A stretch of 64,000 nucleotides of DNA, from contig OZ242358.1 of the NCBI GenBank assembly GCA_965208835.1, positions 1,568,001 through 1,632,000 on the forward strand. The letters run 5' to 3'. Shown piece by piece: positions 49,985 through 59,589 of the stretch. The notes below the pieces were generated by a model that did no database searches, had not been told where the DNA came from, and saw nothing but the letters and a program-made list of their open reading frames with translations. Source of the DNA: Candidatus Latescibacterota bacterium (GTDB taxonomy: Bacteria; Latescibacterota; UBA2968; GCA-2709665). The translations under genes and the position numbers were made by a program. Within the stretch, counting starts at the first letter, position 1. Every line of letters begins with the position of its first letter.

Positions 49985-50152
49985 GGTGAGAAGGAAGAGG
50001 GAAGCCGGTAGAAGAAATGCGGGTAGACGGTAGAGGTGAGACGGTAGAAGATATCCTCGCCCCGTATGCTTTCCCTCCTTGCCTCCAGAATGAAGAGAAT
50101 CCTTACATGGCATGCAATCTCTCCCCTCTCCCGTCTTCCGTCTCCCCGCTTT
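49985..50152. repeat. Intergenic repeat family B, copy 6 (inverted)
   Basis: GCCGGTAGAAGAAATGCGGGTAGACGTAGAGG...GGCATGCAATCTCTCCCCTCTCCCG. Confidence 0.7.
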
Positions 50153-50351
50153 TAAGGAACACGCCGTAGGCAGGGTAATTTGGGAGAGGGGATATTGAAT
50201 TTGGTTTTGTTCTTGATCTTGGCTGACGGCTGAACGCTGACAGCTTATCGCTTGTTTTTTCTTTGTGCCTTCGTGTGAGTTGATAGTCGTCTCTAACTCG
50301 CAGCTTTAATCGGATCGCTGACGGATATTTTCATAACCACCGGGGTTTTTT

Positions 50352-52688
50352 GTGAGATCCGAAATTCGGAATTCCATTGTCATTCTGCTTCTGCTGATTT
50401 TCGCCGCCTGCACGCCACGGGAAACCGTGACCGTGTCAGGCGCGGTATACCGGCCGGGAGACGTCGGCTACCGTTCGGATTGGAAACTGGAGAATTACGT
50501 GGCCGCGGCGGGGGGATTCCTTGCCGAAGCGGATACCGGACGGGCCGCGCTGGTCCGCGATACGGGAGACAGCGTGGTTGCCGGAGCGCAAAGCAACGTC
50601 CTGAAATGGGCGGTTGAAGACGCCCCGGCCCCATTGCCGGGCGACCTGATGACCGTTCCGCTGAAGTCGTATCGGGTCCGGTTCGATACGGTGATGGCGG
50701 TCGGGGACCTGCGGCTGGAATGGAGAGATCATGTCTACCTTATGGCGCATGGCAGGGCGGCGCTCGGGACGACGCCGCGGGGGGTGGTGGCTGCGGTGTT
50801 CTTCGGGAACGGGGAGGTGATCCGGCAGGCTTCAGGGAACGCGGCAGGTCCGTTTCAATACCTCTATGTGACAATGCATCCCGATCGGTACGGCGGTCTT
50901 CTGCCGGCGACCGCACTTCCAGTCTCCGACCGCGAGTCGCTCGAAGACGCGGCGGCGCTGCACCGCTATATGTTCCGGACGTCCACGTTCAGGACGGGAG
51001 AGCGTACGCACCTGCCGCCCGACGGTCACTTCCGGGTGCAGGCCGGCGTCTGGCTCATGCCGAAGAATGCGGCGTATCCCGGTAATGGCGTGCGGAAACG
51101 GCATTACGGTGACGGCAGGGTATGGACGACGTTTCCGGACGGAAGGCAGCGGTGGCGGTATCCGAACGGGCGAACGGTGATGGAGTTTCCCGATAAGTCG
51201 CAGGAAACGCGGTTTCAGGATGGTTCGGTCCGAATGGAAGACGCGCTGGGTGGCGTGAGGACGACGCATCCGGATGGGCGGACCGTGTTCGAAGACGCCG
51301 GCGGCAACCGGCACCTGGTTTATGAAGACGGGCGTCAGGAATGGCGGCATGCGTCCGGGAACAGGGTGACGATATATCCGGATGGCCGGCGGGTACACCG
51401 GTTTGCAAGCGGAACCGTGCGCACGGTAAATCTCGATGGCGTCGAGCGGACGGTTTTCTCCGACGGGACCCTGCACGTGCGATACCCCGGCGGAAAGGTG
51501 GAGATCAAGGCGCCCGGCGGGTCCCGAGAGACGCGTTTTCCGGACGGAAGTGTGCTGGCAAAAACGCCCGAAGGACACCGCATCAGGATCTTTGCGGACG
51601 GCCGTCAGTTTACGCGGATGAACGACGGTACAACGATTGACGAGTTTCCGGATGGACGAAAGATACAGAAACATCCATCGGGCGAGACGCTGGAGGTGTT
51701 CGCGGACCGGTCGCGCCGCACCGTGTATCCGGACGGCTCCGAAACGGTTCGACGTCCCGACGGCGTACGCGTCGCACGGCTTGAGGACGGGACGGTAATC
51801 GAGGAATTCCCGGACGGCAGGGTTGTTCAGACCGATACGTCGGGTGTGCGGATCGAGTTCCTGACTCCGGATCGATATACAATTACGGACCGGGAGGGCA
51901 ACCGCGTCGAGGTTGGCCCCGACAGCACTGCCACAAAACTGTTCGTGGAGCCCTATAGGTACCGCGGCTCGATCCGGCGCGACCTGATCGGCCTGGAACG
52001 CGTACCGGAACGAATCTCTCCCGGCATGGAAGCATCCATCCGGGGGTCGGTGGACGATTTGGTGAAATCGCTGTCAATCGTGGCTTTTTCGCTGCCGGAT
52101 GGCGACGTCCTGGATATGTCGATGAAGCACGAGGCGGGACTGTTTTCAGGGTTCCTGCTGATTCGTGAGCCCGGACATTATCGACTGCAGATCCAGGGGA
52201 AACTGGAAAACGGCGATGTTGTGATGCTGGAAGACCGCATGTTGAAGGTCGGGAATCCGAAGCCCATCGTGAAACCCCCGATTGAAGTCGAGCTCTATCC
52301 GGGCGACGCGGCCGCCGGCCGGCGGCTGATGGAGCTCGTGAACCAGGTGCGCGGCAGAAAGGGCCGCATGAGATTGAGGTGGGACGACGAACTGGCTTAC
52401 GCGGCGTCGTCGCACCTGAAGGACATGCTGGCGTACAGTTCCGTCTCGCACCGGTCGCCTTTGTACGGAAACCTGACGAGCCGCCTGGAACGTCTTGACA
52501 TTGAATTTGAGGTGGCGCTTGAAAACCTTGCGACGGCGCCGTCGCTGGAGGAAGCGCATTGGCACCTGATGTTGAGCGCCGAGCACAGGCGGAATATTCT
52601 CGACCCGCGGCTGACGCATATCGGCATTGCCGTGACGCACGAGCGGGGCCAGGTGTGGGTCGCGGAAATCTTCAAGCGGAGACATTAA
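50352..52688 (+). CDS. Lipoprotein: SLBB-like domain + (F/Y)PDG beta-repeat region + CAP/SCP domain
   Basis: LLIFAAC lipobox; VTVSGAVYRPG...AGGF; many FPDG/YPDG repeats; C-terminal H..DM...SH.S, ENLA, LM.SAEHRRNIL.P..THIGI. Confidence 0.75.
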   Translation: MRSEIRNSIVILLLLIFAACTPRETVTVSGAVYRPGDVGYRSDWKLENYVAAAGGFLAEADTGRAALVRDTGDSVVAGAQSNVLKWAVEDAPAPLPGDLMTVPLKSYRVRFDTVMAVGDLRLEWRDHVYLMAHGRAALGTTPRGVVAAVFFGNGEVIRQASGNAAGPFQYLYVTMHPDRYGGLLPATALPVSDRESLEDAAALHRYMFRTSTFRTGERTHLPPDGHFRVQAGVWLMPKNAAYPGNGVRKRHYGDGRVWTTFPDGRQRWRYPNGRTVMEFPDKSQETRFQDGSVRMEDALGGVRTTHPDGRTVFEDAGGNRHLVYEDGRQEWRHASGNRVTIYPDGRRVHRFASGTVRTVNLDGVERTVFSDGTLHVRYPGGKVEIKAPGGSRETRFPDGSVLAKTPEGHRIRIFADGRQFTRMNDGTTIDEFPDGRKIQKHPSGETLEVFADRSRRTVYPDGSETVRRPDGVRVARLEDGTVIEEFPDGRVVQTDTSGVRIEFLTPDRYTITDREGNRVEVGPDSTATKLFVEPYRYRGSIRRDLIGLERVPERISPGMEASIRGSVDDLVKSLSIVAFSLPDGDVLDMSMKHEAGLFSGFLLIREPGHYRLQIQGKLENGDVVMLEDRMLKVGNPKPIVKPPIEVELYPGDAAAGRRLMELVNQVRGRKGRMRLRWDDELAYAASSHLKDMLAYSSVSHRSPLYGNLTSRLERLDIEFEVALENLATAPSLEEAHWHLMLSAEHRRNILDPRLTHIGIAVTHERGQVWVAEIFKRRH

Positions 52689-52775
52689 CCAGGATTCATG
52701 TGTCTTTGTGGACGTTAATTCGAATATATCCGAGTTGATAAAGTCGATTAAACTGCGGATTACCAGGATACTCGA
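52687..52775. repeat. Intergenic repeat family A, copy 3
   Basis: AACCAGGATTC...GTGGACGTTAATTCGAATAT...AGTTGATAAAGTCGATTA...GATTACCAGGATAC similar to 66-156. Confidence 0.7.
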
Positions 52776-52778
52776 GGA

Positions 52779-55019
52779 TTGGACGTGATGATCAGACGTG
52801 GAACAGCTTGCCTGGTCGTCGGCGCACTGGCTTGGTGCAGCGGCGCTGTCGCGTCCGAAAACGACCTGAAGACCGCCGAAGAACGGTTCCGGATTGCGAT
52901 CGAGGGACTGGGGCGGGTCTCGACCGAGGAGAGTCTCCGTGCATTGAATGACGTGCTGGCGCTGGATGAGAATCATGTCCTGGCGCACGTGGAAATCGCC
53001 AGGCTGCATATGTCGACGAATACGCCTCTTGCCAGGAGCAGCGCTGAGAAATTTCTGCGGCGCGCAATCCGGCTGGATCCGGAAAACTGGGAACATCGGG
53101 TGCTGCTGGGCGATCTCCTGTGGGCGCAGGGGTTTCTGTCGAACGCAAGACGACAATATGAGGAAGTCCTGGCGCAGGATCCGGAGAACGCGCAAGCGGC
53201 TTTCGGAGTGGGAGTTTACTATGCAAAAGACTTTATGAAGTATTGGAACATGATCGACACGGAGGGAATCAGCCATAGCGTGGTGCTTGAGTGGCGGCAT
53301 TTCGCCCGTGAATACCGTGAACTGGCAATCCGGAATCTCGGGCAGAGCATCGAGTACGATCCGGGATTCAAGGACGCCTATTACCAGTTGGGCCTGGTCT
53401 ATATGGAGGATATGAGATCCGCTCCCGTGGCCGCAGGAAGGGCGCTCGTAGGCGTCGCCAACTCACTGCTGAAGGCGTATCCCGGGAACAAGGACGCATT
53501 GCTCTTTGTCGGGTTGGGCTACCACACCGGCGGATTTCCGGAACAGGCATGGGATTTCTACGTCCGGGCGCTCGAGATGATGGGCGCGGAGGAACGTTCG
53601 ATCATCGAATCCGTGGACGTCGTGGCCGACGAAAAAGAGCGGACGCGAATCGCGAAAGCAGACACGCAGGCGCAAGAATCGAGAGGAGAATGGGTTGAGA
53701 GTGTTGAGAGGGAACGGTTCTGGCTCAAGCAAGACCCGTTGCTGCTGACGGAATCGAACGAACGGAGAATGGAGCACTACCGCCGGGTGGCCTATGCCAA
53801 TTTGCGGTTCGGCAAGCCCAGGCAGGGAATCGCGGGCTGGCGCACCCCGATGGGGAGGGTCTACATCAAGTACGGTGACCCGCTTGGACGGACGGTGACG
53901 CGTCCCGAGGTGGACCAGCGGGGACGTACTGTTCAGGCGCATATGGAGCTGTGGGCTTATGAAGGCTTTTCCTTTCGATTCAGGAACTGGAACGGTTTGG
54001 ACGGCTGGCACTTTGACGTCAGGTCTCCCGTTTTCCCTTACGGAGAATGGGTCCTCAAACGGACGCCGCAGCGATTCGTGGATCCCTTTCGCGACCTGAA
54101 ATACAGCATGCCGTACCACGTGGCCGCGTTTCGAGATGCCGGCAGGATACGCCTCGAGGTAGCCTATGCAATTGCGAAGGAGAGATTGAGGATGTCTCAC
54201 ACGGGTGGCGTCGACCTGCAGGACGGGCTTTTCCTGTTTGATGGCGACTGGAAAGAGGTCTCGCGGGCGGTTTATGCGACCCGGCGGCTTGCGGACGTGG
54301 GAACCGACAGCGTCAGGGGCCGGTACCTGCTTTCACAATCGACGCTGGTCGTAGATCCGGGGGACTATCATCTCATCGCCGAGGTGCAGGACCGCGGGAC
54401 CCGATCCGTCGGCACGTTCCGGGACACATTCGAATTTCCGATCGTGGGTTCCGCACCCGCGATGAGCGATCTGCTGGTGGCAACCGACATCCGGATGGAC
54501 GATCCGTTTCCCGAACGGCGAGAGGATTTGAGGGTGGCGTTGAATCCGCTCCACACGTTCCATCGCTTGGAATCGGTGTACGTCTATTTCGAGGTCTACA
54601 ACCTTGCACGGGATGATTTCGGAGGGACCAAATACGAGATTACCTATCGGGTCGGGCGCCCGGAAGCGTCCGAAGTGGTCCCCGGGAGATTCGAGGCCGT
54701 GGCGCTGGCAGAACCGGCTGGTGAAGTTCGTATGCGGGTCGGACCGGTGCGGGAGGACGGGCCTGTCGAATATCAGTTGAGGTACATTCCGGCCGAGCGA
54801 AACCGGGTTTCGAGGATGTTTCGAAAGTTTGAAAGCGAGGCGGGAGAGACCGCGGTTACCGTTCGTTATGAAGGAGACCGGGTGGATGATTTCACCTATC
54901 TTCAGATCGCCCTGGATAGCGTACCGGTGGGGGTCCACAGGCTGTCGGTAGAACTGAAGGACCTGAACAGTGCGGGGCAGGGTGACGAGAGACGCGTGTT
55001 GTTCCGGGTGTTTGAGTGA
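52779..55019 (+). CDS. GWxTD domain protein with N-terminal TPRs
   Basis: FW...DP...T..NER..EHYRR..YAN..F...GWRTPMGRVYIKYG.P. Confidence 0.85.
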   Translation: MDVMIRRGTACLVVGALAWCSGAVASENDLKTAEERFRIAIEGLGRVSTEESLRALNDVLALDENHVLAHVEIARLHMSTNTPLARSSAEKFLRRAIRLDPENWEHRVLLGDLLWAQGFLSNARRQYEEVLAQDPENAQAAFGVGVYYAKDFMKYWNMIDTEGISHSVVLEWRHFAREYRELAIRNLGQSIEYDPGFKDAYYQLGLVYMEDMRSAPVAAGRALVGVANSLLKAYPGNKDALLFVGLGYHTGGFPEQAWDFYVRALEMMGAEERSIIESVDVVADEKERTRIAKADTQAQESRGEWVESVERERFWLKQDPLLLTESNERRMEHYRRVAYANLRFGKPRQGIAGWRTPMGRVYIKYGDPLGRTVTRPEVDQRGRTVQAHMELWAYEGFSFRFRNWNGLDGWHFDVRSPVFPYGEWVLKRTPQRFVDPFRDLKYSMPYHVAAFRDAGRIRLEVAYAIAKERLRMSHTGGVDLQDGLFLFDGDWKEVSRAVYATRRLADVGTDSVRGRYLLSQSTLVVDPGDYHLIAEVQDRGTRSVGTFRDTFEFPIVGSAPAMSDLLVATDIRMDDPFPERREDLRVALNPLHTFHRLESVYVYFEVYNLARDDFGGTKYEITYRVGRPEASEVVPGRFEAVALAEPAGEVRMRVGPVREDGPVEYQLRYIPAERNRVSRMFRKFESEAGETAVTVRYEGDRVDDFTYLQIALDSVPVGVHRLSVELKDLNSAGQGDERRVLFRVFE

Positions 55020-55071
55020 AGAAGGACAGGCGTGAGACGGTGGAGTTAAGAGGTCCGCCCTCAAGCCCGCG

Positions 55072-55869
55072 TCATTTGAGGCGGATGACGTCACCGGGCA
55101 CTTTCAGTTGAAACCGGCCTTCCGGAACGCCGGAGTTGACTTTCCGGCTGCTGACCTGAATCCGGATCCGGTCGCTGCCCTGGACAATCTCCATCCGGCG
55201 CGGAAGGGCGATGCCGTTCTGAAGCCGGTATTCGGAGAGGGTACGGCGGGAAATCAACATCCCCTGGGACGAATAAACCCGTTCTTCGAGCAGCACGGCC
55301 GTACGCGGGTCGAAACGAAGGCGGCGTGTCCACAGCGGTTCGATAATCTCCACGACGAGACTGTCGGGGTGGGTCTCAAACCCGCCGATTCGCGGCAGGC
55401 TCAGCGGAGAAAGGTTGACGAGGCCCAATATCGCCTCACGCGCGCCGTAAGGCGTGAGGTCCATTCCGGTGACGGTGCGCAGAACGTCCTCCGAAGGTCC
55501 CTCCAGATAGTGATTGGTTTTGGCAAGGTACACCGCGAGAGAGTCGCCGCGGGCAAGCGCCGAAAGGACGCTGCTGAATAGCACCTTCATCTCAATTTTC
55601 AATGCGTCCGGCGACCGGAAGAAGAGGACGACAACGCCGTTCTGCTTGACGCCGTCTACACGCATGTTGATACCGGCGCGGACCTCAAGGTCGAGAAGGC
55701 TGTCGGACCTCGACGAGACGATGCGCAGCAGTTCGGCGGGGGTCGAAACGGGTGCGACTTCCGGGAGGCGGGAGAGGGATGCGGCGCAGCCTGCAAGCAC
55801 GAGGAGAAGAAGACAGAGGGCAGGTTTCGGCGTGATGGATCGCGTTCCGGACCGCTGAAGGTGTGCCAT
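55072..55869 (-). CDS. Lipoprotein, LolA/LolB-like fold (DUF4292-like)
   Basis: LAGC lipobox; C-terminal Y....GI.LP..MEI...VNSG..E..F.L.VP. Confidence 0.6.
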   Translation of the reverse strand: MAHLQRSGTRSITPKPALCLLLLVLAGCAASLSRLPEVAPVSTPAELLRIVSSRSDSLLDLEVRAGINMRVDGVKQNGVVVLFFRSPDALKIEMKVLFSSVLSALARGDSLAVYLAKTNHYLEGPSEDVLRTVTGMDLTPYGAREAILGLVNLSPLSLPRIGGFETHPDSLVVEIIEPLWTRRLRFDPRTAVLLEERVYSSQGMLISRRTLSEYRLQNGIALPRRMEIVQGSDRIRIQVSSRKVNSGVPEGRFQLKVPGDVIRLK

Positions 55870-55870
55870 T

Positions 55871-57997
55871 TCAGGGTCCGCTTGCGTCGTTGGGGCGGAC
55901 GGACTGCAATTTGCGCCGGATGGAATCGTTTTCGGGATTCAGATCGGCCGCGCGCCGCCAGTGCTCGAGGGCTTCGTCGATGTTGCCAAGGGCCCGGGCG
56001 GCATCGCCGACGTGGTCCAGAATGATCGACAGATTCTCGAGCTGGCCGGCTGTTCGGAACTCCATTTCGATCTCGTTCAGCCTGCTTTCTTCGGCTTTCA
56101 ATGCAAGCTTGAGAAATCGCATCGCCTCGTCGTATCGCTGTTGCTGGAAATAGACCCATCCCATGCTGTCCAGGTACGCGCCGTTGTGCGGGTCGCCCCT
56201 CAATGCCCTTTCGATATAACCCTCCGCTTCCCCAAGGCGAACGCCTTTTTCCGCGAACATATAACCCAGATAGTTCAACGCCTGGTGGTTGTCGGGCGCC
56301 CTGGCAAGAAGACGCTGGAACACGGCAACCGCGCTATCGAACCGCCCAGCGCGCTCGTAACCGTGACCCAGGTCATACAGGACGTCCTCGAGGAGTTCCG
56401 CGTCGTCTTCGAGGCGACTCAGAAGGCCTTCGAGTTCGGGAATCGCGGCTTCCCAGCTTTTCTCCGCCAGATAGGTGCGGCCAACCGCCAGTCGAAAGCG
56501 AAGGTCTCCCGGCCGGGCGTTGACGGCCTGGCGATAGACGTTTCTCGCCTGTGCCGTACGATTGCTCATGGCGTACGCCCGCCCGAGATCAAACACAATC
56601 TGGGCGTAGAGTTCGGAACCGGTCGGCGTCTCGGCGAAGAGTCCATTGAGAATCCCGATGGCAGGGTCCCAATCCCGTTGGTTCAGATAGGCACGGCCAA
56701 TCGCCAGTCGAAAGCGAAGGTCTCCCGGCCGGGCGTTAACGGCCTGGCGGTAGACGTTTCTCGCCTGTGCCGTACGATTGCTCATGGCGTACGCCCGCCC
56801 GAGATCGAACACGATACGGGCGTAGAGATCGGAGTCGGCAGGCGTTTCGGCGAAGAGTTCATTGAAAATCCCGATGGCGGGGTCCCAATCCTGTTGGTTC
56901 AGATAGGTATGGGCAATGCCCAGACGGTACCTCGGGTCGGAGTCGAGAGATGTCGCCAAAATAAAGGATTGCCGTGCCTCCTCGGGGCGGTCCATGTCCA
57001 GAAGCAGCGACGCCTTCCGCCCAAGCAGGTCGTGTCTCTCCGGCAGTTCCCTTAAAAGACGGTTCAGAAGGGCTTCTGTGTGCCGAAAGCGAAGTGTGTC
57101 AAGGTCGGTCCCTTCGCCCGGTTCAGGAATGCTGCGAGGGAGGTGGACGGAAAACCGGTCAATAAAGAGCGTATCCAACGGCGTTTCCGAGATCAGGGCT
57201 TCCAGATGGTCGCCACGATCGTAAATTGCAATCAGCTTCTTCCAGAGCGTTAGCGTTGTTTTGTTCAGGCGGTGTTCAAAATGCGCCAGACCGGAACGAT
57301 AAATGGATGCGGCCCCCAGCGTGTCGCCGCCGGCAAGCGTCAGGTCGCCAAGGCGATTCCAGATCTGCACCTGCTCCGGATCGCGATGCAGGATACGGCG
57401 GTAGATGGCGGCCGTCCTGAGGGGCAGATTCAGCCGATGATACCCGTCGGCGATCAACAGATTGAACCGTATGTTCGGCGTTGGCACGGACGCGGCCCGA
57501 TCCAGTATACGCAGAACGTCCTGGCGCTGCCGTCTGGTCGTGTAGACCTGGAGCAGGCGGGCATATGCTCTGAAGTCCGCGGGATTCAGGCGCGTGATGG
57601 CCTCAAGTTGCGCCGTTGCCAGCAGGGTATCCCGTTGTCCTTTGACCAGGGTGTCGTACAACAGCCATCGATGCGCCGGGACCAGGGGTTTCAGCCGCAC
57701 GGCTCGTCGTGCCGCTTCGTCCGCTTCGGCTATCCGGTTCAATGAGATCAAATTGCGGGCAAGTGAATTGTATAGCGTGGCTGAGGTGGAATCGATGGCA
57801 ATGGCAGCTCTCAGCGACTCAACGGCTTCTTCAATCTGCCCAGCAAGCTTGAACCTTTTGGCGTCGATAAAATGACCCAGCGCCCGGGAATCCGCGCCGC
57901 GAGGTTCAGGCCGCGGGGGTATGACTGCCTGTCGGGGCGCGGCGCAACCCGCAATGCCCGCAAGACCCAGGAGGATGAGGATTGTACGAGTTTTCAT
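55871..57997 (-). CDS. TPR lipoprotein with internal 72-aa tandem duplication
   Basis: IAGC lipobox; ALNYLGY..AE.G..L..A...I.RAL..DP.NGAYLDS.GWVY. Confidence 0.85.
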   Translation of the reverse strand: MKTRTILILLGLAGIAGCAAPRQAVIPPRPEPRGADSRALGHFIDAKRFKLAGQIEEAVESLRAAIAIDSTSATLYNSLARNLISLNRIAEADEAARRAVRLKPLVPAHRWLLYDTLVKGQRDTLLATAQLEAITRLNPADFRAYARLLQVYTTRRQRQDVLRILDRAASVPTPNIRFNLLIADGYHRLNLPLRTAAIYRRILHRDPEQVQIWNRLGDLTLAGGDTLGAASIYRSGLAHFEHRLNKTTLTLWKKLIAIYDRGDHLEALISETPLDTLFIDRFSVHLPRSIPEPGEGTDLDTLRFRHTEALLNRLLRELPERHDLLGRKASLLLDMDRPEEARQSFILATSLDSDPRYRLGIAHTYLNQQDWDPAIGIFNELFAETPADSDLYARIVFDLGRAYAMSNRTAQARNVYRQAVNARPGDLRFRLAIGRAYLNQRDWDPAIGILNGLFAETPTGSELYAQIVFDLGRAYAMSNRTAQARNVYRQAVNARPGDLRFRLAVGRTYLAEKSWEAAIPELEGLLSRLEDDAELLEDVLYDLGHGYERAGRFDSAVAVFQRLLARAPDNHQALNYLGYMFAEKGVRLGEAEGYIERALRGDPHNGAYLDSMGWVYFQQQRYDEAMRFLKLALKAEESRLNEIEMEFRTAGQLENLSIILDHVGDAARALGNIDEALEHWRRAADLNPENDSIRRKLQSVRPNDASGP

Positions 57998-58084
57998 ATT
58001 TTACGCGTTTATTCCCGAAGCATGGGTGTCAGACAGGAAGCGCGACCGCCTGGAAGGGGATTCAGATCCTTTCACGATCCGAGA

Positions 58085-59497
58085 TCAGAAAAGGTTGCCC
58101 GCTCGTTTTTCGAGGAGCAGCTTTCCGGCCTCGTTTTCGATGCGGATCGGATAGTCCTGCGTAAAGCAGGCCGTGCAATACTGGAGCGAGGAGTTGGGGG
58201 CCACGCCGAGCATGCCGTCGAGCGAGAGATATCCCAGGCTGTCCACGCCGAGGTGTTCGCGGATCTGCTCCACGGTCTTGGCGCTGGCGATCAGTTCCTT
58301 TTCGGTCTGAAAGTCGATTCCGTAGAAGCACGGACCCACGATAGGTGGACAGCTTACACGCACGTGAACCTGGCGGGCGCCCGCTTCCCGCAACATTCGT
58401 ACCAGGTGTTTGAGGGTTGTGCCCCGGACGATCGAATCTTCCACGACAACCACCCGTTTGCCGTTCAGAACGCCCCGAACCGGATTGAATTTGAGGCGGA
58501 CCTTGGACGATCGACTGTCCTGTCCGGGTGTGATGAAAGTGCGTCCGACGTAGTGGTTCCGTATCAGGCCGATTTCGTGTTTGATGCCGGACTGATTGGC
58601 GTAACCCAGCGCCGCGGTATTGCTGGAGTCCGGCACGGATATCACGATGTCTGCGGCGGCAGGTTGTTCTATGGCGAGTTGCCTGCCCAGCCGCCGCCGG
58701 GTCTTGTCCACGTTGTCGCCGAAGATGATGCTGTCGGGCCGTGAGAAATAGATGTATTCGAAGATGCAGAATGCGTGGCGATCGGCTTCCTCGGTCGTAA
58801 AGGCGCGGAGACCGTGCGAATCTATCATGATGAGTTCGCCGGGCTCGATGTCGCGAATATAACGTGCGGAGATGATGTCGAGCGCGCATGATTCGGACGC
58901 GACGATCCAGGCATCGCCCAGCTGGCCGAGGCACAACGGACGGAATCCGTAGGGATCGCGCGCCGCGAACAACTGGTTTTCAGTGGCCAGGACGAGCGAA
59001 TAGGCGCCTTCGACCTGCCGTAAGGCGTCTATAATTCGATCGGCCATCTTGTCTTCTCTGGATCTGGCGACGAGATGCAGGATCAGTTCGCTGTCGGTCG
59101 TCGTCTGAAAGATGGAGCCGTCGTCCTGCATCCGGTTGCGGAGTTCGGCGGTATTGGTGAGGTTTCCGTTGTGCGCGACGGCGAAAAACGCGTCCCGGCA
59201 CTCCGCCAGAAAGGGCTGGGCGTTGGTCAGGGTGTCAGATCCGGTCGTGGAATACCGATTGTGCCCGATGGCCAGGTGGCCCGGAAGCCGATCCAATACG
59301 TCTCCGTCGGCAAACACGTCGGCAACCTGACCCATTTCGGTATGGCGAAACAGATACTCACCGTTGCCTGAAACGATGCCGCTGCTCTCCTCGCCGCGGT
59401 GCTGCAGGGCGTGCAGGCCCAGCGTGGTGAGTTTCGCAGCATCGCTGTCCCCATAAATGCCGAAGATGCCGCAATAGTGTTTTACGCTCTGATCCAT
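58085..59497 (-). CDS. purF: Amidophosphoribosyltransferase
   Basis: CGIFG, LQHRG.E, GHNRYSTTG, VPDS, VEDSIVRGTT. Confidence 0.97.
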   Translation of the reverse strand: MDQSVKHYCGIFGIYGDSDAAKLTTLGLHALQHRGEESSGIVSGNGEYLFRHTEMGQVADVFADGDVLDRLPGHLAIGHNRYSTTGSDTLTNAQPFLAECRDAFFAVAHNGNLTNTAELRNRMQDDGSIFQTTTDSELILHLVARSREDKMADRIIDALRQVEGAYSLVLATENQLFAARDPYGFRPLCLGQLGDAWIVASESCALDIISARYIRDIEPGELIMIDSHGLRAFTTEEADRHAFCIFEYIYFSRPDSIIFGDNVDKTRRRLGRQLAIEQPAAADIVISVPDSSNTAALGYANQSGIKHEIGLIRNHYVGRTFITPGQDSRSSKVRLKFNPVRGVLNGKRVVVVEDSIVRGTTLKHLVRMLREAGARQVHVRVSCPPIVGPCFYGIDFQTEKELIASAKTVEQIREHLGVDSLGYLSLDGMLGVAPNSSLQYCTACFTQDYPIRIENEAGKLLLEKRAGNLF

Positions 59498-59589
59498 CGG
59501 CCCTCCTGTCGGCGGAGTACGGATTGATAGTAATGGAAGAGACCGTTAACCTGCCAGGGGGATGGCGCGTTCTCCAGTGTTCGTAATCG

